Assembly: GCA_039028615.1 (NCBI GenBank)
Contig: JBCCHT010000007.1
Coordinates: 192,001 to 256,000 of the forward strand
Direction: 5' to 3'
DNA length: 64,000 nt
Source: Myxococcota bacterium
GTDB taxonomy: Bacteria > Myxococcota_A > Polyangia > Nannocystales > Nannocystaceae
Numbering within the stretch: the first letter of the stretch is position 1; every line of letters starts with the position of its first letter. The notes below the pieces were generated by a model. The model was not told the origin of the DNA. It did not search any database and worked only from the letters and a program-made list of their open reading frames with translations. The position numbers and the translations under genes are program-made. Positions 19,237-29,870 of this stretch are shown piece after piece.

Positions 19237-19273
19237 GCACCGCCCCGGGATTGCTCCCGACGCGGCGCCTTTT
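19237..19273 (+). terminator. Probable intrinsic terminator
   Basis: Imperfect gcaccgc-cccggga-ttgc-tcccgac-gcggcgc hairpin followed by TTTT, between convergent genes. Confidence 0.45.
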
Positions 19274-19297
19274 CGAGCCGGAACGCTCGCGCGTCGA

Positions 19298-21226
19298 CTA
19301 GATGATCTCGCGGGCGCGCAGCAGTTCGACGATGGCGTCCACGCTCTGCTGCACGGAGACCTCGGCCGTCTTCAGCGTCAGGTCGGCGTCCTCGGGCGCT
19401 TCGTAGGGGAACGAGACCCCCGGGAAGTTCTGGATGCGCCCCTCATCGGCCGCACCGTACAGCGCCTGCGCCCGCTCGCGGCAGACGTCGATCGGCGTGT
19501 CGAGGTGGACGACGATGAAGTTGTCCTTGCCGACCACGCTCGCCGCCTTCTGGCGGATCTCCTCGGAGGGAGAGACCAGCGCGCAGATGCACAGCAGGCC
19601 AGCGTCGTTGACCACCCGCGCCAGCTCGGAAGCGCGACGCAGGTTCTCGGAGCGCTCCTCGGAGGTGAAGCCCAGGTCCCGGCTGATGCCGCGGCGCAGG
19701 TTCGACCCGTCGAGCACGTTGACCGCCCGGCCCTCCTCGAAGAGGCGACGCTCGAGGGCGTAGGCCACCGTGGACTTGCCCGAGCCCGAAAGCCCGGTGA
19801 GCAAGATGGTGGTGGGAGTCTGGCCGAAGCGAGCCTTCCGCTCCTCGACCGTGACCCGGCTGTCGAGCGTCTCGAGGCTCTCGGCCGGCTCGACGTCCCA
19901 CTTGTCCGCGCGCTCGCCCGAGTCCTTGCGGTCGGTGATCATGCCCGCCGCCACCGTGCCGTTGGTGATGCGGTCGATGACGATGAACGCCCCCGTGGAG
20001 CGGTTGCGCGTGTACGGGTCGTAGGGCACGGGCGCGCTCAGCTTGATGCTGACGCGGCCGATCTCGTTGAGCTCGAGCGTCGGCGCATCCGTGCGGTGCA
20101 GGGTGTTGACGTCGACGCGGTGCCGCAGCGTGGTCACCGAGCCGGTCACCTGCTTGGGGCCGAGCTTGAACATGTACTCGCGGCCGGGAACCATGCCCTG
20201 CTCGCTCATCCACACCATGGTGGCGTCGAAGCGCTCGCCGCTCTCCGGCACGTTGCCCACGCGAGTGAGCATGTCGCCGCGGCTGACGTCGATCTCGTCC
20301 TCGAGAGTGAGCGTGACCGCCTGCGGGGGGAAGGCCTCGTCGAGCTCGCCGTCCTGAGTCACGATGGAGGCGACCTTGCTCGTCTTGCGCGACGGGAAGG
20401 CCATGACCTCGTCGCCCTTGCGGACGATGCCCGAGGCCACCGTGCCCGCGAAGCCACGGAAGTCGAGGTTCGGGCGGAGGACGAACTGCACCGGGAACCG
20501 GAAGTCCCGCAGGTTGCGGTCGGCCCCGATGTACACGGTCTCGAGGAAGCGCATCAGCGTGCGCCCCTCGTACCAGGGCATCTTGTCCGAGGGCTCGACG
20601 ACGTTGTCGCCCTTGAGGGCGGACAGCGGGATGAACTCGAGGTCCTTGACGTCGAGCCGGGTCGCGAACGCCTTGTAGTCGGCGACGATCTCGTCGTAGC
20701 GCTCCTGGCTGAAGTCGACCAGGTCCATCTTGTTGATGGCGACGAGCACGTGCTGGATGCCCAGCAGCGACACGATGAAGCTGTGCCGCTTGGTCTGGGT
20801 GAGCACGCCGTGGCGGGCATCGATGAGGATGACCGCCAGGTCGCAGTTGCTGGCCCCGGTGGCCATGTTGCGGGTGTACTGCTCGTGACCCGGGGTGTCC
20901 GCGATGATGAACTTGCGCTTCTCGGTCGAGAAATAGCGATAGGCGACATCGATGGTGATGCCCTGCTCGCGCTCGGCCTTGAGCCCGTCGGTCAGCAGGG
21001 CGGGGTCGAAGTCCCCGTCCACGCTGCCGTGGGTCGCGGACTCCTGCTTGATGGCGGCAAGCTGGTCTTCGTAGACCATCTTGGCGTCGTAGAGCAGGCG
21101 CCCGATGAGAGTGCTCTTGCCGTCGTCGACCGAGCCGCAGGTCAAGAAGCGAAGCAGCTCCTTGCGCTCGTGCTGGTCGAGGTAGGCCTGAATATCGGTG
21201 GCGATGAGATCCGACTGGTGAGACAT
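19298..21226 (-). CDS. cysNC: Sulfate adenylyltransferase subunit 1 fused to an APS kinase domain
   Basis: [35 protein letters not shown] GTPase motifs; C-terminal [11 protein letters not shown] kinase P-loop. Confidence 0.95.
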   Translation of the reverse strand: MSHQSDLIATDIQAYLDQHERKELLRFLTCGSVDDGKSTLIGRLLYDAKMVYEDQLAAIKQESATHGSVDGDFDPALLTDGLKAEREQGITIDVAYRYFSTEKRKFIIADTPGHEQYTRNMATGASNCDLAVILIDARHGVLTQTKRHSFIVSLLGIQHVLVAINKMDLVDFSQERYDEIVADYKAFATRLDVKDLEFIPLSALKGDNVVEPSDKMPWYEGRTLMRFLETVYIGADRNLRDFRFPVQFVLRPNLDFRGFAGTVASGIVRKGDEVMAFPSRKTSKVASIVTQDGELDEAFPPQAVTLTLEDEIDVSRGDMLTRVGNVPESGERFDATMVWMSEQGMVPGREYMFKLGPKQVTGSVTTLRHRVDVNTLHRTDAPTLELNEIGRVSIKLSAPVPYDPYTRNRSTGAFIVIDRITNGTVAAGMITDRKDSGERADKWDVEPAESLETLDSRVTVEERKARFGQTPTTILLTGLSGSGKSTVAYALERRLFEEGRAVNVLDGSNLRRGISRDLGFTSEERSENLRRASELARVVNDAGLLCICALVSPSEEIRQKAASVVGKDNFIVVHLDTPIDVCRERAQALYGAADEGRIQNFPGVSFPYEAPEDADLTLKTAEVSVQQSVDAIVELLRAREII

Positions 21227-21244
21227 GGCCGGTTCCTCGAGCTA

Positions 21245-22156
21245 CTAGAAGTAGCCTTCCTTCTTTTTCTCTTCCATGGAGCCCGCGGAGTCGAAGTCGA
21301 TGACTCGACCTTCGCGCTCGGACTTCGTAGCGAGGAGCATCTCTTGGATGACCTCGGGCAGCGTGGTCGCGTCGGACTCGACGGCGCCCGTGAGGGGGTA
21401 GCAGCCGAGGGTCCGAAAGCGGACCATCTTCATCTCGGGCTTCTCGCCCTCCTCGAGCGGCATGCGGTCGTCGTCGACCATGATGAGCACGCCGTCGCGC
21501 TCGACCACCGGTCGCTTCGCGGACAGGTACAGCGGCACGACCGGAATCTTCTCGAGGTGGATGTACTGCCACACGTCGAGCTCGGTCCAGTTGGACAGCG
21601 GGAACACCCGGATGCTCTCGCCCTTGTGGACGCGAGCGTTGTAGATGTTCCACAGCTCGGGGCGCTGGTTCTTGGGGTCCCAGCGGTGGTTCTTGTCGCG
21701 GAACGAGAACACGCGCTCCTTGGCGCGGGACTTCTCCTCGTCGCGTCGGGCCCCGCCGAACGCCGCGTCGAAGCGGTGCTTGTTCAGCGCCTGGCGCAGA
21801 GCCTGGGTCTTCATCACATCGGTGTGCACCGCACTACCGTGGGTGAAGGGACCGATGCCCTGCTCCACGCCGTCCTGGTTGATGTGAACGATGAGCTCGA
21901 GCCCCAGCTCTTTGCGAGTCCAGCTGTCCCGGAACTCGATCATCTGCTTGAACTTCCACGTCGTGTCGATGTGCATCAACGGGAAGGGCGGCTTGGCCGG
22001 ATAGAAGGCCTTCATCGCCAGGTGAACCATCACCTGGGAGTCCTTGCCGATCGAGTAGAGCATCACCGGGTTGTCGAACTCGGCGGCGACCTCTCGAATG
22101 ATGTGGATGCTCTCCGCCTCGAGCTGCTTGAGGTGGGTGAGGTTGTATGCCGTCAT
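21245..22156 (-). CDS. cysD: Sulfate adenylyltransferase subunit 2
   Basis: [56 protein letters not shown]. Confidence 0.97.
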   Translation of the reverse strand: MTAYNLTHLKQLEAESIHIIREVAAEFDNPVMLYSIGKDSQVMVHLAMKAFYPAKPPFPLMHIDTTWKFKQMIEFRDSWTRKELGLELIVHINQDGVEQGIGPFTHGSAVHTDVMKTQALRQALNKHRFDAAFGGARRDEEKSRAKERVFSFRDKNHRWDPKNQRPELWNIYNARVHKGESIRVFPLSNWTELDVWQYIHLEKIPVVPLYLSAKRPVVERDGVLIMVDDDRMPLEEGEKPEMKMVRFRTLGCYPLTGAVESDATTLPEVIQEMLLATKSEREGRVIDFDSAGSMEEKKKEGYF

Positions 22157-22347
22157 GCGCTGGCCTCGGTTGGCGCTCCCAGGCTTCGTTCCGGGCCCGA
22201 AAACGAGCGGGCGGTCCCGGCAAATGCGGTCGCCCGATCTCGCGCGAGAGAGGCGGGCGAAAAGGGTTGGGAGCGCTGCCGAGGCATACCATGCCCGGCC
22301 GTGCGCGGGTGGCAGGGGTGGGGGCCCTGATCTATGCTCACGACCTC

Positions 22348-23295
22348 GTGAAGGTCGTCTCCATCACCGTCAACTTCCGTACCGCCGATCTCGCGCTACG
22401 GGCGCTAGAAAAGGTCAGGGCGGACATCGTGCCCATGGGTGGCCGCTGCATCGTGGTGGACAACGACTCCGGCGACGGCTCCTACGAGAAGATTCTCTCG
22501 ACGGTGCGCGAGCGCGGCTGGGAGGACGACGTCGACGTCATCGCCATGCCGCGCAATGCGGGTTTTGGGGCCGGCAACAACGTTGCATTCCGCCATGCGA
22601 TGGCGTGGGACGACCCCCCCGAGTACTTCTACCTGCTCAATCCCGACGCCTATCCCGATCCGGGCACCGTGGCTCACATGGTCGAGTTCATGGACTCCAA
22701 CCCGCGGGTGGGCCTGGGCGGGACGAAAGTGCGCCATCCGGGGGGTGAAATCCGACGCTCGGCCTTTCGCTTCCCCTCGGTCCTGTCCGAGCTCGAGCTG
22801 GCCATTCGCGTGGGCGTGGTCACTCGGCTGCTCGACAACCACCGGGTCGCCCAGCCTCCGCCCGAGCACACGGGCGAGGTCGACTGGGTCTCGGGGGCCA
22901 GCGTCATGATCCGTAAGGCCATGATCGACGAGATCGGCATGTTCGACGAGAACTTCTTCCTCTACTTCGAGGAGACCGACCTGTGCATGCGCGCGAAGCG
23001 GGCGGGCTGGACCACCAACTACGTGCTCGAGGTCGAAGCCGAGCACATCGGTCAGGTCTCGACCGGCATCAAGAGCAAGCAGAAGCGTCGCCCCAAGTAC
23101 TGGTTCGAGTCGCGCTCCTACTACCTCCGCAAAAACCACGGCGCGCTGGGTCTTTTCGCCGCCAACTCGGTCTTTGCCAGCGCGTACTTCCTCCGCGAGC
23201 TGCGGAAGCGCTACGCCGGGCTGCAAGACGAAGATCCGCCCCACTTCTTCCGGGACTTCGTCGACTTCAACTTCCGCGGTCGTCTCGAAGACTGA
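22348..23295 (+). CDS. Glycosyltransferase family 2
   Basis: [49 protein letters not shown]; start GTG 22348. Confidence 0.9.
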   Translation: MKVVSITVNFRTADLALRALEKVRADIVPMGGRCIVVDNDSGDGSYEKILSTVRERGWEDDVDVIAMPRNAGFGAGNNVAFRHAMAWDDPPEYFYLLNPDAYPDPGTVAHMVEFMDSNPRVGLGGTKVRHPGGEIRRSAFRFPSVLSELELAIRVGVVTRLLDNHRVAQPPPEHTGEVDWVSGASVMIRKAMIDEIGMFDENFFLYFEETDLCMRAKRAGWTTNYVLEVEAEHIGQVSTGIKSKQKRRPKYWFESRSYYLRKNHGALGLFAANSVFASAYFLRELRKRYAGLQDEDPPHFFRDFVDFNFRGRLED

Positions 23296-23328
23296 GCGGA
23301 CCGGCTCCGGGCTGACCGCGGGTGCGGC

Positions 23329-24330
23329 TCAGCCCCAGCGAGCGAGGTTCTCGCGCCAGAACGCGGCCGGCTCGTTCTCCGGGAACAAGCGCTTGATCTC
23401 GTTCAGCCCGTTCTCGGCCAGCTTCGTCCGAAGCTGAAGATCTTCGAGCTCCACCAGGCACTTGGCGGCCTCGGCCGGGGTGTCGCCGATCATCGCGGTA
23501 TCACGGTGACGCATGCCGAAGTTCGCCCCGCGGGCGTTCTTGCCGACCACGATCATGCCCGAGGCCATGGACTCCTGCGGCGGCAGAGCACAGCCCTCGA
23601 TGTCGGCCGAAGCCAGCATGGCCTGGGGCCGCGAGAACGACTGGGCCAGCTCGTGCAGCGTGAGCCCGTCGACCAGCTCGAAGCGCCAGAACTTGCCGCC
23701 GAGCTTGCGATACTCCTCTTCCGTCTGGGCGATGTAGTCCTTGCCCTTGCGGGGGAACGCGAAGATCAGCCCCTCTTCGCGATCCTCCTGCGGGATGAAG
23801 GGGAAGACCTTGTTGTCGATGACGTTGGGGACGATGGGGATGTCCTTGCCCGGATAGACGTCGTGACAAAGGTCGAGCATGAACGGCGAGTCGGTCCAGA
23901 TCGTGACCCGGTCGGAGCGCCAGTTGAAGTCGTCGTAGATCCGGGTGGGGTTCTGCTCGTAGGCCACCGCGGGGCCCTTCACCTGGTCGATGTAGTGCGT
24001 GCCGATGTCGGGCAGGATGCACACGTCGTCCGGGCGTCGGTCCTTCCAGCGAATGAAGGGCAGGTCGTGGATCCGCAGGTCGCCGTAGTCGTCGCGACCC
24101 CACAGCGTCGACATCACCGCCTCGGCGCCCACCGAACGCGCCACCCAGCAGTGGCGCATGATGTTGAGGCTACCGCCCGAGATCGTCTTGGCCGCGAACA
24201 TCAACGGCGGCCGAATCATGCGACTGAGGAGCTTGCTGTGAAGCAACCGACCGCGCCCATGCCATTCCCGCATGAGCCTGGCCTTGACCGGGGAGGCGAG
24301 AAAATCCGGGATGAGAAAGACGAATCGCAT
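23329..24330 (-). CDS. GT-B (GT4-like) glycosyltransferase
   Basis: N-terminal ISGG and C-terminal EGCALPPQESMASG (EGFGLPPLEAMA-like); start ATG 24330. Confidence 0.7.
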   Translation of the reverse strand: MRFVFLIPDFLASPVKARLMREWHGRGRLLHSKLLSRMIRPPLMFAAKTISGGSLNIMRHCWVARSVGAEAVMSTLWGRDDYGDLRIHDLPFIRWKDRRPDDVCILPDIGTHYIDQVKGPAVAYEQNPTRIYDDFNWRSDRVTIWTDSPFMLDLCHDVYPGKDIPIVPNVIDNKVFPFIPQEDREEGLIFAFPRKGKDYIAQTEEEYRKLGGKFWRFELVDGLTLHELAQSFSRPQAMLASADIEGCALPPQESMASGMIVVGKNARGANFGMRHRDTAMIGDTPAEAAKCLVELEDLQLRTKLAENGLNEIKRLFPENEPAAFWRENLARWG

Positions 24331-24485
24331 GGACGAGTGGGCTCCGTTGAAAGCCAGTGAGGTTGCACACCCGTGGTGCAACCGAGGCCGTCTTTAGTAC
24401 CACGAAATTCGTGCCGTGGACCGGGCCCGACGCGGGCCCATGGCATCTCGTGCGGCGACGCGAGTGGGGTACGGTGCCCACCGCG

Positions 24486-25286
24486 ATGAACGGCAAGATC
24501 GGCGGAATGCGGGCCCTCGTCACGGGAGCGAGCAGCGGGATCGGAGCGGAACTGGCCAAGGTCCTCGCCGAGCACGGCACCCACCTCGTGCTCGTGGCTC
24601 GACGCGAGGAACGACTTCGCGCGCTGGCCGAGGAACTCGAGGAGCGTTTTGGCATCGAGACGCGAGTGGAGGCCTGTGACCTCGCCGACGCAGCGGCCAC
24701 CGAAGCATTGCTCGAGCGCTTGGGCGACCTGCCCATCGACATCGTGGTGAACAACGCGGGGCTGGGCCGCTACGAGACCTTCGTGGACACGGAGTGGGCC
24801 GAGCTTCAGACCCAGATCGCGGTGAACCTGGTGTCCCTGACCCGGCTCACCCACCACTTCGTGCCGAAGATGATCGAGCGCGGCCGCGGCCACGTGATGA
24901 ACGTGGCCTCCATCGGGGCCTACACGCCCATCCCCAACTTCACCGTCTACGCGGCGACCAAGGCCTACGTCCGCCACCTCACCGAGTCCCTCGACCACGA
25001 GCTGAGCGGTACGGGCGTGCGAGCCATCTGCGTGAACCCGGGCGGCACCAAAACGGAGTTCGTCAACCACGCCCAGCAGGTGCTCAAGCAGTCCGGTGAG
25101 AAATTCATGATGAGCGCGGAGGAGTGCGCCCGCATTTCGGTGCAGAAGATGATCGCGGGCCGCCGCAACGTGGTGACCGGCCGGATGAACGCGCTGGGGA
25201 TGTGGTTGCTGCGATTTTTGCCCCGCAGCGTCTATCCAAAGCTCGCCGCCAAGGCGATGAGCTCGTCGGTCGCCAAGGCGAGCTGA
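24486..25286 (+). CDS. Short-chain dehydrogenase/reductase
   Basis: TGASSGIG, VNNAG, YAATK. Confidence 0.92.
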   Translation: MNGKIGGMRALVTGASSGIGAELAKVLAEHGTHLVLVARREERLRALAEELEERFGIETRVEACDLADAAATEALLERLGDLPIDIVVNNAGLGRYETFVDTEWAELQTQIAVNLVSLTRLTHHFVPKMIERGRGHVMNVASIGAYTPIPNFTVYAATKAYVRHLTESLDHELSGTGVRAICVNPGGTKTEFVNHAQQVLKQSGEKFMMSAEECARISVQKMIAGRRNVVTGRMNALGMWLLRFLPRSVYPKLAAKAMSSSVAKAS

Positions 25287-25380
25287 ACGAAACGTCACCC
25301 TCCGGCCGCGCAGACCGCGAATTGTCGGCCGAATCCGAGGTCCCCCGCTTGCCAGGCCCCCGCCTCGCCTGCGAGCCTGC

Positions 25381-26025
25381 GTGCTCCCCGAGCGAAGAGC
25401 GTTCGCCTTGGCCCGCCGTAGCTTCGAGTTCTCCTCCAATCACGCCTACTGGCTCGTGGTCTTCGCCCTGACTGCGTGCACGGTGTTCTTCGCGAGCAAC
25501 GTGCAGCAGCGCCGCAAGGAGCTGCGCTCCGATCGCTCCGTGCAGATCGAGAGCGGAGCCACCGTCGAGCTGGTGCGGATCATCGACGGCGACGAGGTCT
25601 CCGTGCGCGGCGAAGGGGGCGGGACCTTCGTGGTGCGGCTTTTGGGGGTCAAGGGCTTCTCCACCGCCGTCAACGAGCCGGGGCTGTCCGGGCTCGGCCA
25701 GATCGCGGTGCAGGCCATGGAAGGGATCGTCGAGGACAAGGAGATCCACGTGGTCTTCGACGAGCTGAAGTTCGATCGCTCCGGTCGATTGCTGGCGTAC
25801 CTCGAAGCCGAGGATCACGACATCGGCGAGCTGATGATCCGGCGCGGGCACCTGGTGGCGTATATCCGCTACCCCTTCTCCCGCGAGGAGCTGTACCTGG
25901 GCGCGCAGGCCGAGGCCAAGACGAGCAAGAAGGGCCTGTGGGGTAACTACAAGGCCGTCTCGCGGGTGCAGGGCTGGCAGGACACCTGGAAGAACGCACG
26001 GCAGCAGGGAGGTGCGGGCCAATGA
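25381..26025 (+). CDS. Membrane-anchored thermonuclease (SNase-like) domain protein, probably degenerate
   Basis: TM helix; IIDGDE, VRLLGV, DRSGRLLAYL, AQAEAK..KKGLW. Confidence 0.8.
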   Translation: MLPERRAFALARRSFEFSSNHAYWLVVFALTACTVFFASNVQQRRKELRSDRSVQIESGATVELVRIIDGDEVSVRGEGGGTFVVRLLGVKGFSTAVNEPGLSGLGQIAVQAMEGIVEDKEIHVVFDELKFDRSGRLLAYLEAEDHDIGELMIRRGHLVAYIRYPFSREELYLGAQAEAKTSKKGLWGNYKAVSRVQGWQDTWKNARQQGGAGQ

Positions 26026-27074
26026 TTCGGCTCTTGCTCGTCCTGTTCCGGCGCGTGGTGGTGCAGCGCCGCAACGAGCTGCTCAAGGTCGCCCTGCTCA
26101 CCCTGGTGCTGGTGGCGTTCTCCTCGTCGGGCTTCATGTACTTCGAGCTCGCCGACAAGCCGGACCTCATCTGGGCCGACGCGGTGTGGTGGTCGATCGT
26201 CACGATGACCACCGTCGGCTACGGCGACTTCTTCCCCACCACCCCCGGCGGCCGCTACATCATCGGCTTCCCCACGATGCTCTTCGGCATCAGCATCCTG
26301 GGTTACCTGCTGTCGACCCTGGCGACCTTTCTCATCGAAGAACGCTCGAAGGAACTCAAGGGCATGAGCGAGAGCAAGCGAAGCGACCACATCCTGCTCA
26401 TCCACTATCCGGGGCTCGCGCGGGTGCAGGGCGTCCTCACCGAGCTTCGCACCGACGAGAAGACCGCCGGCTGCCCGGTGGTGATCGTCGATGCCTACCT
26501 CGACGAGCTCCCCAAGGCCCTGGCCGCCCAAGGGGTCGAGTTCGTCAAGGGCGACGCCTCCAAGGAGAGCACGCTGGACCGGGCGCACTTCCACGAGGCT
26601 CGCTTCGCGATCATTCTGTCGCAGGACCCCAACGATCCGGGCAGCGACAACGCCAACCTGGCCGCCGCGCTGACCCTCGAGCACCTGCACCCCGGCATCT
26701 TCACCGTCTCCGAGTGCATCGACCCCGAGCGCATCGAGCTCTTGTACAAGGCCGGCTGCGACGCGGTGGTGTGTCTGACCGCGCTGGCCACCAACCTGGT
26801 GGTGCACGAGCTGCTCGACCCCGGCGTCCAGAAGGTGATCGGCGAGGCCACCAACAACCTCTCCGGGCAGAACATCTACATGGTCGACGTCACGGCCGGC
26901 GACGGCTCGACCTACGTGAGCGCCCGCGATGCCATGGAAAACCGCGGCTGCGCCGCGATGGGGCTCGAGCGTCAGGGCAAGGTGATCCTCAACCCCGACG
27001 CCGAGACCGAGCTGAGCGAAGGCGACCGGCTGATCTGCATCGCCCCCTCGCGGCCCGAGTCGCTGCGCCTTTGA
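26022..27074 (+). CDS. Two-TM potassium channel with RCK (TrkA-N/TrkA-C) domains
   Basis: WWSIVTMTTVGYGD selectivity filter; FVKGDAS..TL, ILNPD..L..GD RCK motifs. Confidence 0.93.
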   Translation: MIRLLLVLFRRVVVQRRNELLKVALLTLVLVAFSSSGFMYFELADKPDLIWADAVWWSIVTMTTVGYGDFFPTTPGGRYIIGFPTMLFGISILGYLLSTLATFLIEERSKELKGMSESKRSDHILLIHYPGLARVQGVLTELRTDEKTAGCPVVIVDAYLDELPKALAAQGVEFVKGDASKESTLDRAHFHEARFAIILSQDPNDPGSDNANLAAALTLEHLHPGIFTVSECIDPERIELLYKAGCDAVVCLTALATNLVVHELLDPGVQKVIGEATNNLSGQNIYMVDVTAGDGSTYVSARDAMENRGCAAMGLERQGKVILNPDAETELSEGDRLICIAPSRPESLRL

Positions 27075-27149
27075 GCCGGGGCTGGCCCCTGGCTGCGAAA
27101 AACTTGCCCGATCCTGCGCTCGAGTACGAAAGCGTGCTCCGAGTGCGGT

Positions 27150-28139
27150 ATGCCCAGTGACATGGGTCCTGCCCCGCCGACCGAGCTGCCCCGCTGGGAC
27201 GAGCTGCGCGCGCTCGTGCTGCGACTGGCGCCGGCCGAGGGCCTCAACCAGACCGCGCTGCCGGGCGTTCGAATCTCCCGCTTCGATCGCCCGCAGAGCT
27301 GGCAGTTCTTCTCGACCCCCGGGCTCGCGATCGGGGTGGTGGTGCAGGGCCGTAAGCAGACCCGCGCGGCCGATCAGGTGCTGTGCTACCACCCCCCGCA
27401 GTTCCTCGTGCTGACGGGCGAGCAGGACTTCCAGTCCGAGATCCTGCAGGCGAGCCCCGAGTCTCCCTATCTGTCGGTGGGGATCTTCATGCCGGCCGAG
27501 GTGGTCGCCGAGACCATGATCGAGCTGGGTAAGGTCGACGATGCGCCGACGGGACGGGCCGAGCCGGGCCCGAACGCCTTCGTCTCCACCGTGGACGAGC
27601 GCCTGCTCGGGACCGTCATCCGCCTGCTCGCCACCGCCGAGGACCCCGCCGAGCGACGAGTCCTGGCGCCGCTGGTCACCCGCGAGCTGGTGTTCCGGGT
27701 ACTGCGCTCCGACGCCGCCGCCTCGCTGCGCCACGCGGTGGGCCGCGACGGCAACGAGCACCGCATTCAGCAGGCCATGGCGTTCATTCGCGAGCACGCC
27801 GAGCAGCCACTCTCGGTCGAGACGCTCGCCCGTCGGGTCGCCATGAGCCCCTCGCATTTTGCCCATCGCTTCGCCGCCATCGCCCGGACCTCTCCGATGC
27901 GCTACCTCAAGCAGGTCCGGCTCCACCGCGCCCGCGCGCTGCTGGTCGACGGCTCGGTACGGGCGAGCGAAGCGGGCGAGCGCGTGGGCTACTCGAGCCC
28001 CTCGCACTTCTCCCGCGACTTCAAAGGCCTGTTCGGCGTCCCGCCCGGCACCTTCGCCAGACGGGCGCGCTCCAACTTCGCAGGATCGGACAAGACTCCA
28101 GCAGCGACCGCCCTGGGGCATGCCTCCGACTCCTCCTAA
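27150..28139 (+). CDS. AraC-family regulator (AraC_N type)
   Basis: VVQGRK, LARRVAMSPSHF...TSPMRYLKQVRL, VGYSSPSHFSRDFK..FG. Confidence 0.92.
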   Translation: MPSDMGPAPPTELPRWDELRALVLRLAPAEGLNQTALPGVRISRFDRPQSWQFFSTPGLAIGVVVQGRKQTRAADQVLCYHPPQFLVLTGEQDFQSEILQASPESPYLSVGIFMPAEVVAETMIELGKVDDAPTGRAEPGPNAFVSTVDERLLGTVIRLLATAEDPAERRVLAPLVTRELVFRVLRSDAAASLRHAVGRDGNEHRIQQAMAFIREHAEQPLSVETLARRVAMSPSHFAHRFAAIARTSPMRYLKQVRLHRARALLVDGSVRASEAGERVGYSSPSHFSRDFKGLFGVPPGTFARRARSNFAGSDKTPAATALGHASDSS

Positions 28140-28148
28140 GTTGAGCGC

Positions 28149-29141
28149 ATGGACAACACCACGCTTGGAACCCGCGGCCCCGCAGTCTTCCCCATCGGCC
28201 TCGGGTGCATGGGGATGTCGGAATTCTACGGCGAGAGCGACGACGCGCGCTCGATCGGGGTCATCCACCGCATGCTCGAGCGCCTGCCTGGGCGGGCCCT
28301 GCTCGACACCGCAGACATGTACGGCAGCGGCCACAACGAGAGCCTGATCGGCCGGGCGATCGCCGATCGGCGCGACCGGGCGGTCATCGCCACCAAGTTC
28401 GCGATCCTGCGCGGCGAAGGGGGCTCGTTCGCGGGCATCTCCGGTCGGCCCGAGTATGTCGCCCCCGCCTGCGACGCGAGCCTCAAGCGCCTGGGCATCG
28501 AGACCATCGATCTGTACTACCAACATCGCGTCGACCCGCAGGTCCCCATCGAAGACACGGTGGGAGCGATGGCAACGCTGGTCGAGGCGGGCAAGGTGCG
28601 GCACCTGGGCCTGTCCGAGGCCGCCCCCGCCACGGTCCGCCGGGCGCATGCGGTGCATCCCATCGCGGCGGTGCAGACGGAGTACTCGCTGTGGAGTCGT
28701 GACCCCGAGGGCGAGCTGCTCGAGACTTGCAAGGAGTTGGGCATCGCGCTGGTCGGCTACTCGCCGCTGGGCCGCGGCTTCCTCAGCGGCACCATCCGCA
28801 GCGTGGACGATCTGGCGGCCGACGACTTCCGTCGGGGGATGCCGCGCTTTTCCGCGGACAACCTCCCTCGCAACCTGGCGCTGGCCGACGCCGTCCAGCA
28901 GCTCGCCCGAGCCAAGGGGTGCACGCCCGCTCAGCTCGCGCTCGCTTGGTTGCTGGCGCGGGACGAGTCGGTGATCGCCATTCCGGGTACGCGCTCGATC
29001 GCCCGGCTCGAAGAGAACCTCGATGCGGTGAAGGTCGAGCTGAGCACCGAAGACCGGGCGCGAATCGATGGCGCCCTGCCCCACGGCGCAGCGGCGGGCG
29101 ACCGCTACTCCGCCGCCCAGATGGCCGCCGTCAACGGATAG
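28149..29141 (+). CDS. Aldo/keto reductase
   Basis: [47 protein letters not shown]. Confidence 0.95.
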   Translation: MDNTTLGTRGPAVFPIGLGCMGMSEFYGESDDARSIGVIHRMLERLPGRALLDTADMYGSGHNESLIGRAIADRRDRAVIATKFAILRGEGGSFAGISGRPEYVAPACDASLKRLGIETIDLYYQHRVDPQVPIEDTVGAMATLVEAGKVRHLGLSEAAPATVRRAHAVHPIAAVQTEYSLWSRDPEGELLETCKELGIALVGYSPLGRGFLSGTIRSVDDLAADDFRRGMPRFSADNLPRNLALADAVQQLARAKGCTPAQLALAWLLARDESVIAIPGTRSIARLEENLDAVKVELSTEDRARIDGALPHGAAAGDRYSAAQMAAVNG

Positions 29142-29144
29142 CGG

Positions 29145-29759
29145 TCACGCGGGGGCGGCCGCGGGCTTCGGGCGCGACCGCTGGGGGCTCGGGGATCCGG
29201 CCACGGGTTTGTTGAAGGTCGGCGAAGACCCCGGGCTCGCGCCCTGCTCGGGGACCTTCGCGGCCGGCTCGGACTCGGCGACCTCGGCCCGCGGGGTCCC
29301 CATGTGGCAACGACCTTCGAGAATTCCTCCTTCGTCGATCACCACCGCCGTGGCCGTGACGTCCCCGTCGACGCTGCCGCTGGTGCTGATCATCAGCTTG
29401 GTCGCCTCGACGTCGCCACGGATCGAACCCTCCACGACGACCTCGGTGCCCTGTACGGCGCCGACGATCGTGGCGCTGCTCCCGAGGGTCAGCTCGTCGA
29501 CTTCGACGTCGCCTTCGATCGATCCGGCCAGCTCGAGTCCACTGGTGCTCGACAACGAGCCGCGGATCGTCATGTCGTGGCCGATGACGTTGACCGGAGC
29601 GCGCGGGGGTTCGGGTGCGGGTGCGGGTACCGGTGTGGGTTCAGGGGCGCGTGGTCGTTCGGAGGCGGCTTCGAGAGCACGCCTGGGCGCGGGCTCCGCG
29701 GAGACTTCGGGTTCGTCGACCTCGACCTGACGACCCAACAAACGCTGAAAGAAGCCCAC
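29145..29759 (-). CDS. Bactofilin (polymer-forming cytoskeletal protein)
   Basis: VIGHDMTIRGSL...VVVEGSIRGDV...VDGDV...IDEGGILEGRCHM; N-terminal MGFFQRLLG membrane-targeting-like peptide; Pro-rich flanks. Confidence 0.9.
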   Translation of the reverse strand: MGFFQRLLGRQVEVDEPEVSAEPAPRRALEAASERPRAPEPTPVPAPAPEPPRAPVNVIGHDMTIRGSLSSTSGLELAGSIEGDVEVDELTLGSSATIVGAVQGTEVVVEGSIRGDVEATKLMISTSGSVDGDVTATAVVIDEGGILEGRCHMGTPRAEVAESEPAAKVPEQGASPGSSPTFNKPVAGSPSPQRSRPKPAAAPA

Positions 29760-29870
29760 ACCTCATCTTCCCATGAAGCCCGTGCGCGATTCGTCGAAAC
29801 ACCGGCCAGATCTGGGCCTTGGAATTGGCGTTACAAACGTCGCTCGGAGTCCACAAAATGGTGTGGGGGA

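Noticed and set aside
19028..22330. 1100-aa plus-strand ORF
   Set aside because: Antisense shadow of cysNC/cysD; stop-poor because of high GC and has no recognisable motifs
25947..29084. 1045-aa minus-strand ORF
   Set aside because: Antisense shadow of the K+ channel, AraC and AKR genes
29304..29870. N-terminal extension of the bactofilin-MepA ORF
   Set aside because: Overlaps the opposite-strand bactofilin gene and the divergent promoter
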